DNA from: Strigamia acuminata
Taxonomy: Eukaryota
Assembly (NCBI GenBank): GCA_949358305.1
Contig: OX442314.1
Span: 21,018,001 to 21,082,000, forward strand
Direction: 5' to 3'
DNA length: 64,000 nucleotides
How positions within the stretch are numbered: position 1 is the first letter of the stretch; every line of letters starts with the position of its first letter. The position numbers were made by a program, and so were the translations under genes. The notes beneath the pieces are model-generated. The model was not told where the DNA came from. It did not search any database and worked only from the letters and a program-made list of their open reading frames with translations. Positions 39,331 to 54,594 of this stretch are shown in pieces.

Positions 39331-39735
39331 ACTCTAAGCTTAGCCATGTATAAGAGTGCGCTGTTTCCTATTGGCCCAGCCTGATTACTCCTAACTGTGG
39401 ACTGTGTACTTCCACCAGGAAAAGTAGTCTTGTTCTATTTTTAATTTGTTTGATTATTTTAATGATTGAAATGATAGAAGTTTATTTCTTTTTTATAATA
39501 AAATGTTTTTTAAAATCATAAAATATTGCTGGGTTTTATTTTTAAATACATGTTTGTTCAGGCTTTTGAGTTTATTGGTTGCTTTGTCAGGAAAGTAAGC
39601 AGTTTTTCAATTTTCTTATCGGTTGCATTGTTTGGAAAGCACTCACCATGTATTTTGATCTATTTTTTGGGATCACTACACCAGTGAAAAGGCTGGGCCC
39701 AATAGGAAATAGCGCACTCTTATACTTGGCCAGTG
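39331..39735. mobile_element. Tc1-like MITE
   Basis: About 40-bp IR GCCATGTATAAGAGTGCGCTGTTTCCTATTGGCCCAGCCT (39343-39382) / 39690-39730. The right end reads TA|CACTGGCC on the - strand; the left end is degenerate. Confidence 0.7.
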
Positions 39736-42700
39736 TATAGTGATGATACCTTTTCGAACACCACTGGTATTCTGCATGTAATCGTTGGTAATTTGTGGCA
39801 GTCGCTTTAAAAACGATGTTAGCACATTGAAATGTGATGAAATAATCTATACGGCACAATCTGTGCTCTTCACTGATTGCCTGCAAAAATTAAAAGACTC
39901 GATAATATTGTGTAGGTTGATAAAACTTCGTTAAGAGCTTCTGGCGGCGTATTTATTACTTCTGGTAATGTCTAATAATAACAACGGTTAAACCCAACTC
40001 ATTAGGAGGCTTTTCAGCTTATTTTGAACTTATTAGATTAAAAGACTAAAGTTAAGTTATAAATCGACTGAAACTCATGTGCTCTGCTGCGTGCGCTTGG
40101 TTGTGTGTTTAGCGAAACTCGAGCAGATCTATTCCATTAACATGCCAGCTGATTAATTGCTGTCCGACATATTGAAAGAGTTACATTCAAGTGCAGGATA
40201 GAACGGAACTTGCAAGATATCAATCACTTGACATTTTAACCTTTTCAGTCAACATGGCTGTGAGTGATGGTATAGTTAAACCTGTATGTTTAATGTTTCT
40301 AAAATTGCCATTATTTAGTTGAAAAAAATGCAGACACACTAAGCGGACATGGTTTATTTCGGCCAACAATTATTATGACTCTGGTCTCTGACCATAGTCG
40401 TAATAATGTTCGGTGTAACAATTAATAAAATGAAAGCAGGACTTTGAAAAGTGTCTGGATTTATTTGTGGCATAAAGTCAGTTCAGATGCCACATAAAAG
40501 TTAATAGTGCCTTAAAATTACAACATCTGGTGGTACAGCTAGAATTTATGAAGCAGTTTTTAATTTTTTTTAATGGTTTAAGAATATTTAGTGCGCGTAA
40601 TTTACAGTACAAAGTTTACAGAATTTTGAAGTTTTATTTTTTTTTGTTTCTTTTCTTGTGGGAATTTCAAAACAAAACAATTTAGTTGGAAAATGTTAAT
40701 GTTCAAAATGAGCCATTACTTTTTATTTAATTAAAGAAGTTGGATTTTGTGCGAGTGGTCTATCTATTATACAGGTTTTTTAACGTGTTAAAGAAAAAAG
40801 AAAAAAAGGTTAATGGCTGTTTAATTTTCTAATGTTTTTATATTTCATTGGAAATTACATTAAGAGGGGGCGGGAGAGAAAATGTTGGAAAGAAAAAAAG
40901 CACAAAAGGAAAAAAAAATTGAAAGATTTAAACTTAAGTGTCAAAGTGAAATTGGACAAAAAGTAAAAAAAGAATTTTCTCGTTTTCTATAATAAATTTT
41001 TGTGTCAAGTGGAGAGGGGAAATAATTTCACAAAAGAGAGAGAACAAATTTTTATTTGGTGCGGAATGTTCCCTGGAGAATGCATTACGGCGCTATTAAC
41101 TAAATTGAATAATGGACACTTTATATCCAGCTAAAAGAAGCTAAAATGGCCTTTTTTGTTCTTTTTTTCTCGCTCCTTCTTTGTAGTTTGAGTGTTTTGC
41201 ACTTGATCTTTTATGTTTTGGTGCCATGTTTTGATGGCTTGATAAGAGAATAGTTTAATATTATTCCGTTGAGAAAGAAAGAATTGAAAGAGATTGTAAT
41301 GAAACAGAATAGGAATGGAAATGGAGTTTAAAGTTTTTACTTTTTCTAGTTTTTCGGATGAGATTTGGATGTGAATTTCAAGGAAATGAAGAAAAAGGAT
41401 ATCAAGTTAAGAAAGAAGAAAGGGAAAAAAAATCTAAACTGAATTTAAGTGAATCCAAGGTAAAAGACTTTTAAAGAGAAGTCTTTTCGGTTGGCAAGAA
41501 TGATATATAATACCAAATTTCTAAATTACTGCAATTCCGCAACTTTATACGGCTAATTAAACATCTTTGCCTGTGTTTTTAGCCTTTCTCCAATTTGCGC
41601 TGATAATTTTTTCTTGAATGCAAGCAGAAATATCAGACAAGGTGCAGAAAAGATAATTTATTTACACATTTACAGGATTAAAAGCGCGATTTTGATGTTT
41701 AAAGTCAAATCTTGAGATAAATATAGGAATGTGAGGTTTAAGCACTGTTCGAAGACTTGCTCTTTGAGCTAGCTATACATTTTGCTTTTTATATTGCATT
41801 TTTTTTTATTTGCATAATTTTTATTGCATGTTTTACTGGAGGGCCTTTATTTACTAATTGAAATTTCCAGCAAATTTACCTCCGTAATACGCTTTGGAAA
41901 GCAAATTTTCTTGCTGGGTTATTTACCTAAACCTGATTCTTCCAGGGTTATATCTTATTTCAGTACAGTAAAATTTTTTTCGGAAATATCGAATGGATGT
42001 TGATTGGAATGAATTGATAGAATAAATGTATAGTCTTTGGGAAAATTATAGAATTTTAAATTTAAAAATAAAAAATGTTGGAGTAAAGATTGATTTTTCA
42101 TTTGAATGGCGAATCTGCTTTTAATTGAATCGTATAATCGAGAAAGAAGGAAAATTAAGATAGAAATCTGAGATGTCATGTGCAGGGTTTAAATTCTAAA
42201 AAGATTTTCTTTGCTATAATAAAAGTTGATTCAAACACGAAATTATGAAAGCAAATGTTATACTAAAAATGCAGATTAGGAAAAGAAATTAAAATGAAAA
42301 TACTTGATTAAAAACGGAGAGAGGGTTTATACGCGGTGTTGTTTTGGAATGGCACATGTTAGATGCATGTCATTTCATTATTTTCGTCTCCCCTTTCTTT
42401 TATAATGCAATTAGCCGATGCTCCTATTCTAAGGTCATTTGAAAACAATGCAAGTCACAGTTTTGGCAAGAAGAAAATCAGTATAGAGGAGTAGAAGAAG
42501 GCTATTGAGGACGCAACGACCCACCCACCAACCGACACAAGTGGATTGCTAATTAAACCTAATAGCCTCATTTTGGAAGGCAGCAGTGTGGCAGTGAAAA
42601 GGTTGTTTTCCACCACGGTTTTGTTTTAGTGTGTCACATCTTCGCAATACATTAATTCAAACACTCAAACCAATCAACAAATTCAATTAGGTTCAAGCTA

Positions 42701-45700
42701 TGGAATTTTGCTTTTTTATTTTTATTGATGCACCAGGGGGAGTTTATTACATTTTTCTTATTAAAGTTTTTGAATAAACACAATTTTCCATTTATTTTTT
42801 ATATTATTATTATTTTTTTTTTTTAGGTATAAACTAGAAATTTTTCAATATTTACTTAATTGCTTGTCGGTATTTTTTGTTTTTGATTTTGAACATTTCT
42901 CATTGGTGTTCGTTTTATGTGTTGGAGGGTATTTGATCGAGCTGCAAAACATTTATCGCTAAAGTGACATATAATTAGGGTAAAATGTAAAACTGGGATT
43001 TAAGTGTGAAACTGAATTTGCAAGTAATTGATTTCGCCTCTTTTGAAAAAAATAACAACGGGCTCATATAAAGTTTCAATTTATGCCATTTTTGGAGATT
43101 ATTAAAAACAGATTGGATACTAAAAACATCCATAAACAATGGGGGGGAAATATAAAAACAAAAAACATAAAACATAATTGGTTTGGTTGTTGAAGCTGTG
43201 GGTTGATTTTTGACTTACAACCAAATCCAGATAAAAATGTTCACAGATTAATGCCTAGTTTACACTTAAACGATTTTTTCGAAAAGTTAACGACTCGTCT
43301 AATTTCTACAAGTTTGTTCCAGACCGTACACACGTTTTTGACAAGGAGTGACTAATGCACCTCTCCAAAAATGGTCGATTGTTTGGATCTCGCAGTTAAC
43401 CATGGCCCCTGCACTTGTCACACGACTGGACAAGTCGCTATTTTGTTTCGAGTTGAGGAAAACTAGAACACGAGCGTTTCTAAAAGTTGGGTGGTTATGT
43501 AGAAAAGTGGTTAAGTGAGAACAAGTCATAAAAGACGTACCGCGGGTAGCTATAACACGCTGAACATGGGATTTTTAGAATGCACCTGGTGTTTTATTAA
43601 ATGAAATTGTCCATGTGAAAAAAAAAATTAAATTTGCGCATTAAAAGCGTATGGGGGTTTTCTTTTCTTATTACATTTGGCAGTTTTTTCGGAACATTTT
43701 ATTTCCCTTTTTAAATACCCGAATTAACGATGAATAAAGAAATGAACACCTGTAAAAAAGCAACAAAAATTTATTTATTACACAAAAACGTGAGTAGCAA
43801 GTTGGTTTCACATGAGAATATGCCGAATCTTTGAACCATTAAACATTGGGGTTAGGGTGCATGGAAATTGAGCCTTAAAAGAATGAATTTGTGTTTCCTA
43901 CTCACTGCTCCCATATCCTCATTGCATAAAAGCACAGCCATTGCCACAATCTGTGGTCTCCTAAATTCTCTTCTACTCCCTTCTATCACTCCACCCTTCC
44001 CTATATCCATTTTTCTGCTCAGCAGGTGGCAGGGTGACTTTGTCATAAATTTGCAGCTACACGCAATAAATTCTAAATGATATTGCTTTTTTCACATTTT
44101 ACAAAAATCTGTTTTTATATATATTAAAAAAAAAGAAAGAAAAGAAAAAAGAAGTGTGGTTTAAAAAAAGTGCGCGTGCTTTCATGAATGTATAACTAAA
44201 ATGTGCGCAGGGTATGTTTTAATTTGTGAAGTGAGTATATGAGGTGCTAATTTGATCAAGTTGATGAATAAATTGGTGGGTTCTCGTTGAAACACTCCCT
44301 TGGGTCATTTTTCCACGAATGGAACGATACACTGTGGAATCCAAACTATTAAGATCTTCTCTTTTACATAGTTGTAAGTGATGATGATTATTAAATGAAT
44401 GATGGAAATATGAATTAAATTTTTCTTTTTCTTTAGTATTTTTATTTTTCTCGAGCAAGCGTTAATTGTTTTCCTTTATTTGTGTTTGTGAAAAGTTTTA
44501 AAGCAGGCAATTAAAATTGAATCAATAGCATTACCTCAGACTGTAGTTTTAAATTTATTAACGGGGGAATTAAATTGAGTTAAAATTCAAATACATTTGA
44601 CAATCACAAGCTTTCTGCGAGGTTTTATTCTGCACATTTTCGCTATAAGTCAAAGATGATGGTAATTGCTTTTAAATGCAATAAATATTAATGTTTAGCT
44701 TGGGAACTGCATAAATAAGTAAATTTTAATATTGTAAACTTTTTTCTGGGGTCTTATTTCAATTTTAAATATTCATTTTATACGTATCAGATTTCAAAAT
44801 AATTGAATGTTTTGTACACATAATTGTGCTAACTTATGCGACTAGATTAAATTCCATATATATTCGCTTCGTTTATTGAATTTTTTTCACGTTGGTATTT
44901 TGACATTAAGGACTTACCATAAGCTCTTTTTTTTTTTCTTTTTTTTTTTTTATAAAACTGAAAACTAAAACCTAAAATCACGTGATGGCGTGATGCCAAG
45001 TTTAACATCAAATCATTAAATTTGGTTGAACTCGAGCAATTTGGATTATTATGGCTTTCAATATTGAGTTTTGGTAAAGCCGTATAGCCACGTGTGTACT
45101 CTAGATCCGCCCCAGACGGTACACATTGCAAAGTTTATTCGAATGAAAAATATATGTATATAATATCCGAGTTTATATATATTTAGATTAATATGATGGA
45201 TGAAATGATATTTACTTTCGAAAAGCAAACATTTAAAAGAAAAATTTGTAGCTTAATTTTTTTTTTCCATATTGATTGATCCAGACTCTTGCTGTTTATT
45301 TTTCTTTGTGGTTGTTGTTGAACTTTGTCGAAAGCGGGACTTAAATTGACTAAAGTGACATCGGTAGTGTGATAAATGACCACACGTCCTTCGGTGTTGA
45401 CCATACAGCGGTTGTCTTCATTTGATTAATGGATAACTTGTTTATTTATTTATTTATTTACTTTTTCCATTTTTATTTTTACATTTATTCGCTTCACTTT
45501 TCTCCAGGTTGAGGCAATTTCGTGCAGAATAGATTAATGGCCTTCGAAAATAATTAAACATGAGACGATTAGAAATAAAATATTGATTAGCAGTGCACAT
45601 ACTCTTCTTCCACCTGTCACAAGCGTATAATTAAGCAGACATCTGCAATGAGCAACAAATGTGGAATCTATTTAAAAGCAATGCTCAATTGGGATATGCT

Positions 45701-48700
45701 TGTCGTATATACTTATTCTAAAGACTGATCTTTGTTTTTAGTTTTTGGTTTTTATTTTCCAGTCAGTGAGTTGAGAAAGAGAGATGGTTGATGTTTGTCT
45801 TGTGCCTCCTATCTCGCTTAGTGCAAGTGAAGCTGATGATTGGATGTTGGTGTGTATGAAACAATAATTCATTTAAAGTGCTGCGAACTTTAATTGCTGC
45901 CTGACCCGATGCCTAATGGTGAGGTGAACCGTGTAATAACATGTGATAAATGCATGAACATAGAACGGGTTAATTTACTCAATTCACTGAGTAGCACAAT
46001 GCATGATGGGAATTGGGCTCAAAGGCCTGTTCTGATGCTCCCTGTTTATTGTCAATGCCATTCGAGAGTAATTATAGCTTAGTATTGAAACCGAACTGCA
46101 CTCTTATTTATAAATGATTGCTATTTTTTCAATCTATGGTTAATTAGGATGAGTTAATTTGCGCTGAGTTTGATTGATGATTTTTATGATGGTGTTAAAT
46201 GAGAATTATTATTAAATTTGGCATGTGTTTATGCAGTTTTGATAGATTGGTTTCTGGATTACTCTTTCACCTCAAAATAATAAGCTTTAAGCACGGTCTA
46301 AGTGCACTACTATTAACACCTGTGTTCAGCGACGAGAATTCGAATTTTTTTCTACACAATATCGTGTGTTTTCAATCATTAATAGATTTATAATAACTTG
46401 ACAATTTCACAATCCACATCAACCCAAGCATACCCATACGGTTCAAGAATAAATATTGCAATGTATTTTGACATGCACTGAATTTGTCAAATATGAAAGC
46501 ATTATAAATAATATACTTAATTCTACGAAACACTATACATTTTGGAAAGCAATATATTGTAAAATTTATTTTTGAACCGTATGGGTATGGTATGGGTACA
46601 ACTATGCGCAATGGCATAGTCGAGTCACCAGGGACTCATCTCAAAAAGTGCCCAGGACTCCAAAAGTTCTTAACGACTTATGTGTAAGATTATATTTTTT
46701 CTGCACAAAATTGCATTTTCCAAGTACGCTACTAAAATCGTGAGTGAAATAGTTTTTAAGCGCGAAAACGGACTACACGGGATAAGTGCGCCGTTGTAAA
46801 TAAAATAACGTGTGTAGTTTGTTGCGTTCTCGTGGTCAAATCACTGCCCAATGGATCAGGTCTGTCTGTAGGATTGTGGGATTGTGACGGACAGCGGAAG
46901 GGATTATAGGATTTTAGAGGATTGAGATGGACGGACAGGATAGCAGGTCTTCAGAGACTTCCTTTAAAAAATTTACTTAATTTATATATATATTTTTTAA
47001 AAAAATTTATTTTGTTCCAAAATTAATTTTTTTTAGGAGGAAAAATAGTCCATAATTTTCCCAATTCTTAGCAAGTAATATTTTGTTACAAACTTGACCT
47101 CAACAGCCAGCAACATCCAACAAGGTTCTTATTCTGCTTCAAAGGGTTTTGATTAAGTATTATGGAAGCTTAGAAGCTTAAGAACATCTTGAAGCAGTGG
47201 TTTTATATCTTGGAACAAGGGTCCCCTCGCTATATCCAAAAAATGGGGAGAAAAAATACAAAATGTCTCGAGATAGAGTATAAAGTGAAATTTGTGTCCA
47301 GAATAATAAGAAGCTTTCCATCCACTTTGGGGAGAGAAAAGAAGCACTTAGGAAATAGCTCATTTGTTCTGAAAATGAGTGGGAGGTAACTTATGGACAT
47401 AAATATCATTTTTTTGTACTAGGAGTTTCTTAGTGTTAAGTTTTGTTTGGTTTGTTGGACCATGTAAAAATAGTTTTGCAGGCCCTCGTCTGCTACTGGC
47501 AGGCCTTGGTTATTTTCCTAGCCTTCAACACGATGGCAACAGCTGTGCCAATAACACCCTCTTACACATGACCGACTTCTTTTCTCTTGGCACCTCTCAA
47601 AATACGGTAATAAAAAAAAATAAAAAAAAAAATTGAAACTTGTGTGCTTTGAAGAACAGTAGTAATTCAAAAGGGAATAGGTGTTTACCAATCAAATGTG
47701 TTCCAGGGGACTGATGGGTGTGTGGAATTGGGCCAGAGTTGTCAAGGTGCGTGTTATGTGCATTGTAAAGGTGATGGTATTGGATCAAAGTGTTAAAAGG
47801 TTAGGGGATAAGTTGAATTTGTTATTAGCGGAAATAAATAAATGTGTGGAAATAAATGTTTATTTAAATGCAATGCAGCAAATAAGTAATTAAACGAAAT
47901 ATTCGTTTTGAGTTTTTTTTTTTATTTTATTTTTAAAAAATTGCATTTAGAATGCTTATTTTGCGAGAGGAAAATTTGATGTTTAAAAAAACATAATTTT
48001 TCTTGCTGCTTTTGCAACCTACTAATAAAAATGTAAAGTAAGTAAAAGGCCCTCAACTGGCTAATTCATTACCACATATTTCCATTTCTCAGTATGCAAT
48101 AAAACTAATAAAACACATTTTTTTATAGGATTTTTCTCTCTACAGAATAAATTGCCAACTTTTATTATGTTATTTTTAGTCTTGTTTCTTTAAGAGTTGC
48201 AAAACTGCTTAAAACAAGATTTATTTTATTAAAAAAAATGGGAAACAGAATGCACTAGAAAGAAATCCCAGACAGTTTTTTAATTAGTGAAAACTTTGCC
48301 TACGCTGCAAGTTTGATTAGAAGCAGCTGCTTAGTAGTATATGTTATAGAAGTTTCTCTAGATTCATTAAAAGCTATGCATTTTAAATGTTCTTTAATTA
48401 GAGAGGATTTTTATCCTCTCATTTTTCCCCTGTTAAACGCATTTTAATAATTTTCTCCTAATGGAATTTATTTGTTTACTCAGCATTGAAGTCCAGTTGA
48501 GAGTAAACGCTTTATACGGCGTTCAATAAAACAGAAGAATTGAATTAAACGAGTGCGAACGCACTTTAATCATTTCTGATAAAAAAGGAAATAACTCTTG
48601 TCGTGAGATTTAAGATCTCGTGTAACAGAAATGCACATCCGTTGCCATAACAGAAGAGTTTCGACGTTTGAACAATCCTTTCAATACAGGAGATTAAATA

Positions 48701-49748
48701 AGATTTCGATTTTGGCACTTTATTTACATTTTGTGTGGTTTTAGTGACCTTGGAATAATATAGTGGAAATTCTGACAAACCTAGGTCTTTTTTTTGGCAG
48801 GGGCTAGCTTATTTTTTCTTCTGCCCGTATTAAATTGCAAATGGCTTTGCTTTTGGAAAGCCTGGTCTAGTCGTCATATCAAATTTAAGTCATTTGAGGA
48901 GAAATTGCGCCTGCCAGTTTATAGCAGTGTCAGTTTAACTTTTTACGAGGAGTTTTGGTGGCAATTGTGTTGAAATAAAATGTGAAATTTCTATCATATA
49001 TTTTACTCGTTGTAACTTCTTAAAAAAAATTGTTAATCTATAACTGCGTACTTTTGATTGAGCACTTCGGGGTGATTTTTTAGCATCGGTCAATAAAATT
49101 AAAAATGCAACAATATGTGTTGTATAATTGCTTAGAATAGAATGAATGCTTCGAATTAATTAATTCAAAAGAATTTATTGCAGGTAAACAATATGTGAGT
49201 TATGCATGTGAAATAGGCATTATTTTTGCACTGCCTAACAAAAATGGAAAATGTTGGCATAAATTAATTATTAGCTTAAATTACCTTTTAAATCATGAAC
49301 AGAAAGCAATCGCTTATTCTATTAGCTGAAAAATAGAAGTAAAACTTTTTTGTTTTTTTTTAATTATCAAATGTTCTGGGTTTGTGTTGTTTTCTGTTTG
49401 AAAATATCTTTAGGCCTGTAATCATGGTAACCAACAAAATATAACGTCACTGTAATGGCTCCTCAATTCGAAAATAGATCATTAACATCAAATAACAAAT
49501 ATAGCACATGGTATTAACTTTACAAATTGTCCTGTATTGTTTAGTTTAAATAATTTTATAAATTTCTTTCGTGTTTTATGAAATAATTTTCTTTTGATGG
49601 TTTATTTATTCAAAACGAAAATAAAATTAGTGAATAATGTTTTCTTTTCCTTCTGTTTTGTTACAAAAATGTATAAAATTGAGAGATTTATTTGAATATT
49701 GTACTAATATTAGACGTTTTTTTTTTAAATTTTTATTTATTTTAGACA

Positions 49749-49934
49749 ATGAAGAAAGAACACATGTATGCAGGAGTGGTTTTCTTCACCTGCGTCGCTT
49801 GTTATCTGAATTCACTGCGATGTGGATTTGTGTTCGATGATATGTCAGCCGTGAAAGAGAACAAAGACCTCCGCCCCCACACGCCCATCATGAACCTCTT
49901 TTTCAATGACTTCTGGGGCACTGCGATGCACAAG
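49749..49934 (+). CDS. TMTC3: First recognisable coding exon (62 codons) of TMTC3-like protein O-mannosyltransferase (transmembrane and TPR repeat-containing protein 3)
   Basis: Translation MKKEHMYAGVVFFTCVACYLNSLRCGFVFDDMSAVKENKDLRPHTPIMNLFFNDFWGTAMHK shows the TMTC N-terminus: a TM helix, then CYxNSLxCGFVFDD and NKDLxPxTP..F.NDFWGT. The CGFVFDD form fits TMTC3 better than TMTC1/2/4. Acceptor tttttatttattttag ends at 49745, so the exon starts at 49746 (ACA ATG). Phase-0 donor AAG|gtaagg at 49935. The expected next exon (about ExSHKSYRPL) was not seen in the window. Confidence 0.93.
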
Positions 49935-52900
49935 GTAAGGGAATAAAGACATGGTTTTTTTTTTTTTTTTTTACTTAACCTCGCTCACATCTAAATGAAA
50001 TAAATCCCCCTTTAAAGGCTTGGTAATGGATAAACATTAAGGTCTCAGTCCATTACTCTAATTGTAATAATGATGTAAGAGAAATTAGATGATGCACTAG
50101 TTTGTTTCAGTACAATCCAAATGGATTAACTCTGAGAGAAAGTACAATCACATTTACAAAAATGCTAGTTTCATGCATGCTGAAGTCAATTTGGCTCAGC
50201 AACTTCAGTTTGAAATTAAATTTTAAGAACACTCAGTGTTTTTGCAGCCGAAAATTCAGAAACTTGGCTGTATAAGTAATCAGAAACTTTGAGACTTTTA
50301 ACGCGATTTGAACTTAAAGTTTAACTTTAACAGACAATAATAGAGCACCATTATGTTTTTTCTGTGACATTTGACATTGGAAATATATGTTTACATTAAG
50401 ATTCATTATTGTTCTTTATTGGGATGAAAGTGAAGTAAAGTAGGGAACAATAACAATCCTGAAGTAGCAGCAGACGTCTACTGCCAACCAATAACATTTA
50501 ATTAGGAAGTAATATGACCTTCTCAAGCATGAATCCGAGCTAATGTTGTTTACATTTGCATATGAGACTATTGTCTTATTTATGTTTTGTAGCTGTCTGG
50601 CAAAATTGATCATTAGAAACCAACTTGCATGCATAGGGGAAGTTCCATGACTGATTGACTGCCAAAATATCGCCTTGGGTTGTTTGTTTGGATGACAAAG
50701 CTGATGTAATGGCAATAATTCAACGTAATATATTATCTATAAACACAAGAGGCAATAAAAGAGTGCAATGAGTATATCTAAGTGTTGCTGTCACTCTGTT
50801 GGAGTTGTCATAAAATAAAAAAAATAATATGGGTTAAAATGAGTGAGCGTACGTCATTACTTAATACAAAATTGGCTCGTAGTTTAATAAAAAGAGTAAT
50901 TGCTGCTCCATTTTACGACAAATTGATTTTACAAGAGCGCTTCAACAGATAAATTTTGATATAATACACGGACAAACAAGGCGTGTGTACTAGCAATATG
51001 TTGATGAGAGTGGCAATAAAGTTGGCAATCTTGGAAGTTTCTCTTCTATTAATTTAAACAATTAAACGACTAATAAGTCTTTTATGTCATTTTCTACAAG
51101 CATTTTTATGGAGAGATAAGAGTTTACCGTTGAATCGTATCTAAAAAATGTCTCGTTTCATCTTTTTAATGAATAAATGACAGTTTATCGAAATGACCTT
51201 AAGAAAACGACAAACAACCTAATCTTGAGTTAGTTAATTGATTATTTTTCTCGACGTTTTACTCAAAAGATGTAGCGCTGCACTCGATTTCTTGGCATGG
51301 TTTGGCTTCACTGTGTGCTGTCAATCATGTTGTTCATCTAATAGAACGTGTGCAGCGAAGCGTAAGGGATGAAATCACAGTTCTAATGAAAAATATTTGA
51401 GATCAGATGTAGATTTGTAGTTTTATATTTTTTTCCTACAAGTACATACTTTTCAAATGGTTAGGCATAATAAATAGTCTTTTTTTCTTTCTTTCTTTTT
51501 TTTTAGCTTACGTTTTTATTTTATTTTTACTCATCATCTCGAAATAGTGCTCATCTATTTATGTAAAAAAAAGGTAGAATCGACCGAGGGAAGAGAAACA
51601 TTATACGTGGAAACGAAAATGACTTAGCCATCGAGTGCAACGATGAGGCATCTCGTTAAAATGATTTTTAATTGCTTGGAGACTCGCTTTTGCCTCTGCA
51701 CAGCCATGTGATTTAATAAACTCATTTTCTGCTTTATTACTGGCGTGATGGCCGTACAGCAGCGCTCTGACGAATCAGATTTTGGTGAGGCTAAACTGCC
51801 AACGGTGAGGTCCAGAGTGCGGTCAACTTGTATACTTGGACTGTGGCCACATGATGGAGGAAAAGACCACCACTTCCATCTCTCCCCCAATCTTCTATTG
51901 ATCTGTAGTGGGGTCTATCGACCTGGCTCATTAAAGGGGACCTAGTGACCAGTAGAAAACAGATCAAATTGCACTCTTTCAACCCTTTCATTGTTGATGG
52001 AGATGATGGAGTTTGTAAATTACATGTGTGTTATGTTGTTAAGAGGATAAAGGTAGCGAGGTTGGCGTCGGATCAAATTAATGTGCTTTTTGGTTGAAAT
52101 AATGAATAGCAATTATGATTAAAGGAAAATGCTTGAAAGCAGAATAAAGGTTTTAAAGGAAGGTTTTTTTCTTTTTTAATGCGCATTTAGAGTAAACAGC
52201 ATTTTCCAGCATGATATTTAAACTACGGGTTGTCTGGATATCTATCTTTACATGTAGTGGGCATGTGCACAACATTTAAACAACAAAACATGTTTAAATA
52301 AGTGTTAGACGCGTTTTTGAATGCGTCTAGTATGAACCTAAGTTGCACTGATGTGGCTCAGTGCTGCTTCTATTCCAAGTCTGAATATTTACTCCAGTGT
52401 TTGGGTCAATAAATCTCTTGACGTCTTCTGCTCGAATAATAACATTAACTTGTTTTTGAAATCACATAATGTTTGGTCTCCAGTGGAATGCTTTGACATT
52501 GCCAGTGCAAGGCAGCACGTTTTTAATTCGAGTCAAAAGCGGTTAGAAAGTGAGGATAGAAATGAGACTTTAAAAATAGGATTTAAATTTTCTTAATACT
52601 CGAACGGATTTATTTTAGCTTAATTTTTGTATGGCTTTAAGGCTTTTGTTCAACTTTTTCGCCTTAATGCGTATTAGGGTTTATTGCATGTAATAATATT
52701 GAAACTCGTAGTGAATGTCCCAATTGGGTTTGAAAAATTGAGTTATATGAACTTAGATCTTCTTACATTTAATTCCTTCAGTAACCCCAGGCAACTGTAA
52801 AATCCAATTTGATAATAATAGACTAGGATTTGTAGCCATATTGAATGTGAGAAACATAAACTCTGAGTTGGTAGGATGCATTTTGACAGCAGGAAAATTC

Positions 52901-53850
52901 GTTTGCAGCTCTAACTTTATCCTTATTGATTGAGACAAGTGTATTCCATACAGTTGGCACTTTTGTTGATTTAAGAAAACAAGCTACTTCAAATTTAAGG
53001 CCATTTAATTTACAGCACCAAACTCGGGTTCAATAACTCCAGAAATGGAAGCTGTAGACAAACGAAATGACATAAAAAAAAAATCCATGATACAATAGTT
53101 TGCTTTTACTATGTTGGATGGGAATGGTGAAAGTTTTGTTGGGGGAAAAAGTAAAAGGGGGGAAAAGGCTGGGGCGCTTGTAAAGTGCACGAGAAATTGG
53201 AAATAATTTTAGAGCAAGAACCATAAAAAGAAAAGTGTCGATGATTGCAAACAAACTGGTGAAAGTAGAGGAAATGTGAGAAGGGTTTTAAAACTGACAT
53301 TCTCTCTTGTTGGCTTGGAATTGAAGGCATTTTCAAGTGTTATCCCAGATGTTCCTCTGAGCCATAGTCAAGAAAGGAAGCCAACAACACAAAATGGGGA
53401 TAAAGGAGCCTAGAAAAGCTGAATTATCTCACCTCACATGTTATTGAGTGTTTTTTTTCTTCTCTTCTCTTTCTCCCTTTTTTTCTGGGGGAGATATGCT
53501 GCTGTGTATTTCTTTTCTTAAAGGGGAGATCCTATTTATGATGATATGTTTATGAATGAAAATTCTAATACATCAGGAATTTGCGAATATCAAGTTGTTG
53601 AAAGGGGATTTGAGAAAAAGGGATAGCTGCAAAGAGGAAGGAAATGGGACAAAAATTGAAGTTTAGTGTTGGAGTATTTATGTGATGTTGCAAAATGGAT
53701 ACAATGTGAGGCTTTGTGAAGATCCCACTAAAAATGCATTATTCCTTGTTGATGTAGTTGATGGGTTTGCTTGAAATATAAAACTTGGTTTGCAGAAGAA
53801 TGCGTTGAGATATGGATTGTAAAATGAAGAAAATTATGGTAAGGGGCTTT

Positions 53851-53881
<31 letters not shown>

Positions 53882-54594
53882 TTACATTGGCTGTCAGCTG
53901 TTTTGTTAAGATTTCTAAGGAACTATTGTCTGATGTTTATTAAAAAAGAATTGGAAAAAAAGGGTGGGGAGAGAGAGAGAGAGAGTAAAATAAAAAGACG
54001 ACACAATATATAATTTTTATGTAGAAATTTTTTTTGTTTTAAAAATAAGGCTTTTGAAATGTTTTGTAATAGTGGAGAATGAATTACTTTAAAACAGATG
54101 GGAGCAGTTGAAACTATCCAGTTGCATCTCTCTGGTGGCTACTATCACAAAGTCTAAAGAAAAGGATGTAGGAATGCAATTTGACTTTTTTGAAATTGTG
54201 CCTCTTATTTTACACAAAGTAAAGAAGAAGTGCATAGAAGAAGTTATAGAAGTAATTATTATCTCGGCTAAGGGGGAAAATATTGAAGAATACCATAAAA
54301 GCACGAGTACCGACACAAAAATATCTGATGTCAACTTCTGCTAGGAAAACAGGAGACTTGTATATCTTCTTGTTGATAACTGGTTTGCTTGGTCAACAAC
54401 ATGCTTTGGCGCTCAGCGCAACTGTCAATCTGATGGTACATCACGTGGGGATTGATGTGTTATCATTGTTTCTAAAAAGCTTTCCAAAAAGAAACATTAA
54501 AATTTAATTTACTGTTAGCCTAAGTCGTTGGTTGTTTATTTGTGTGTATGGAATTACCACAGCAACGTTATCGCACACTTTGGGCTCACGTATT

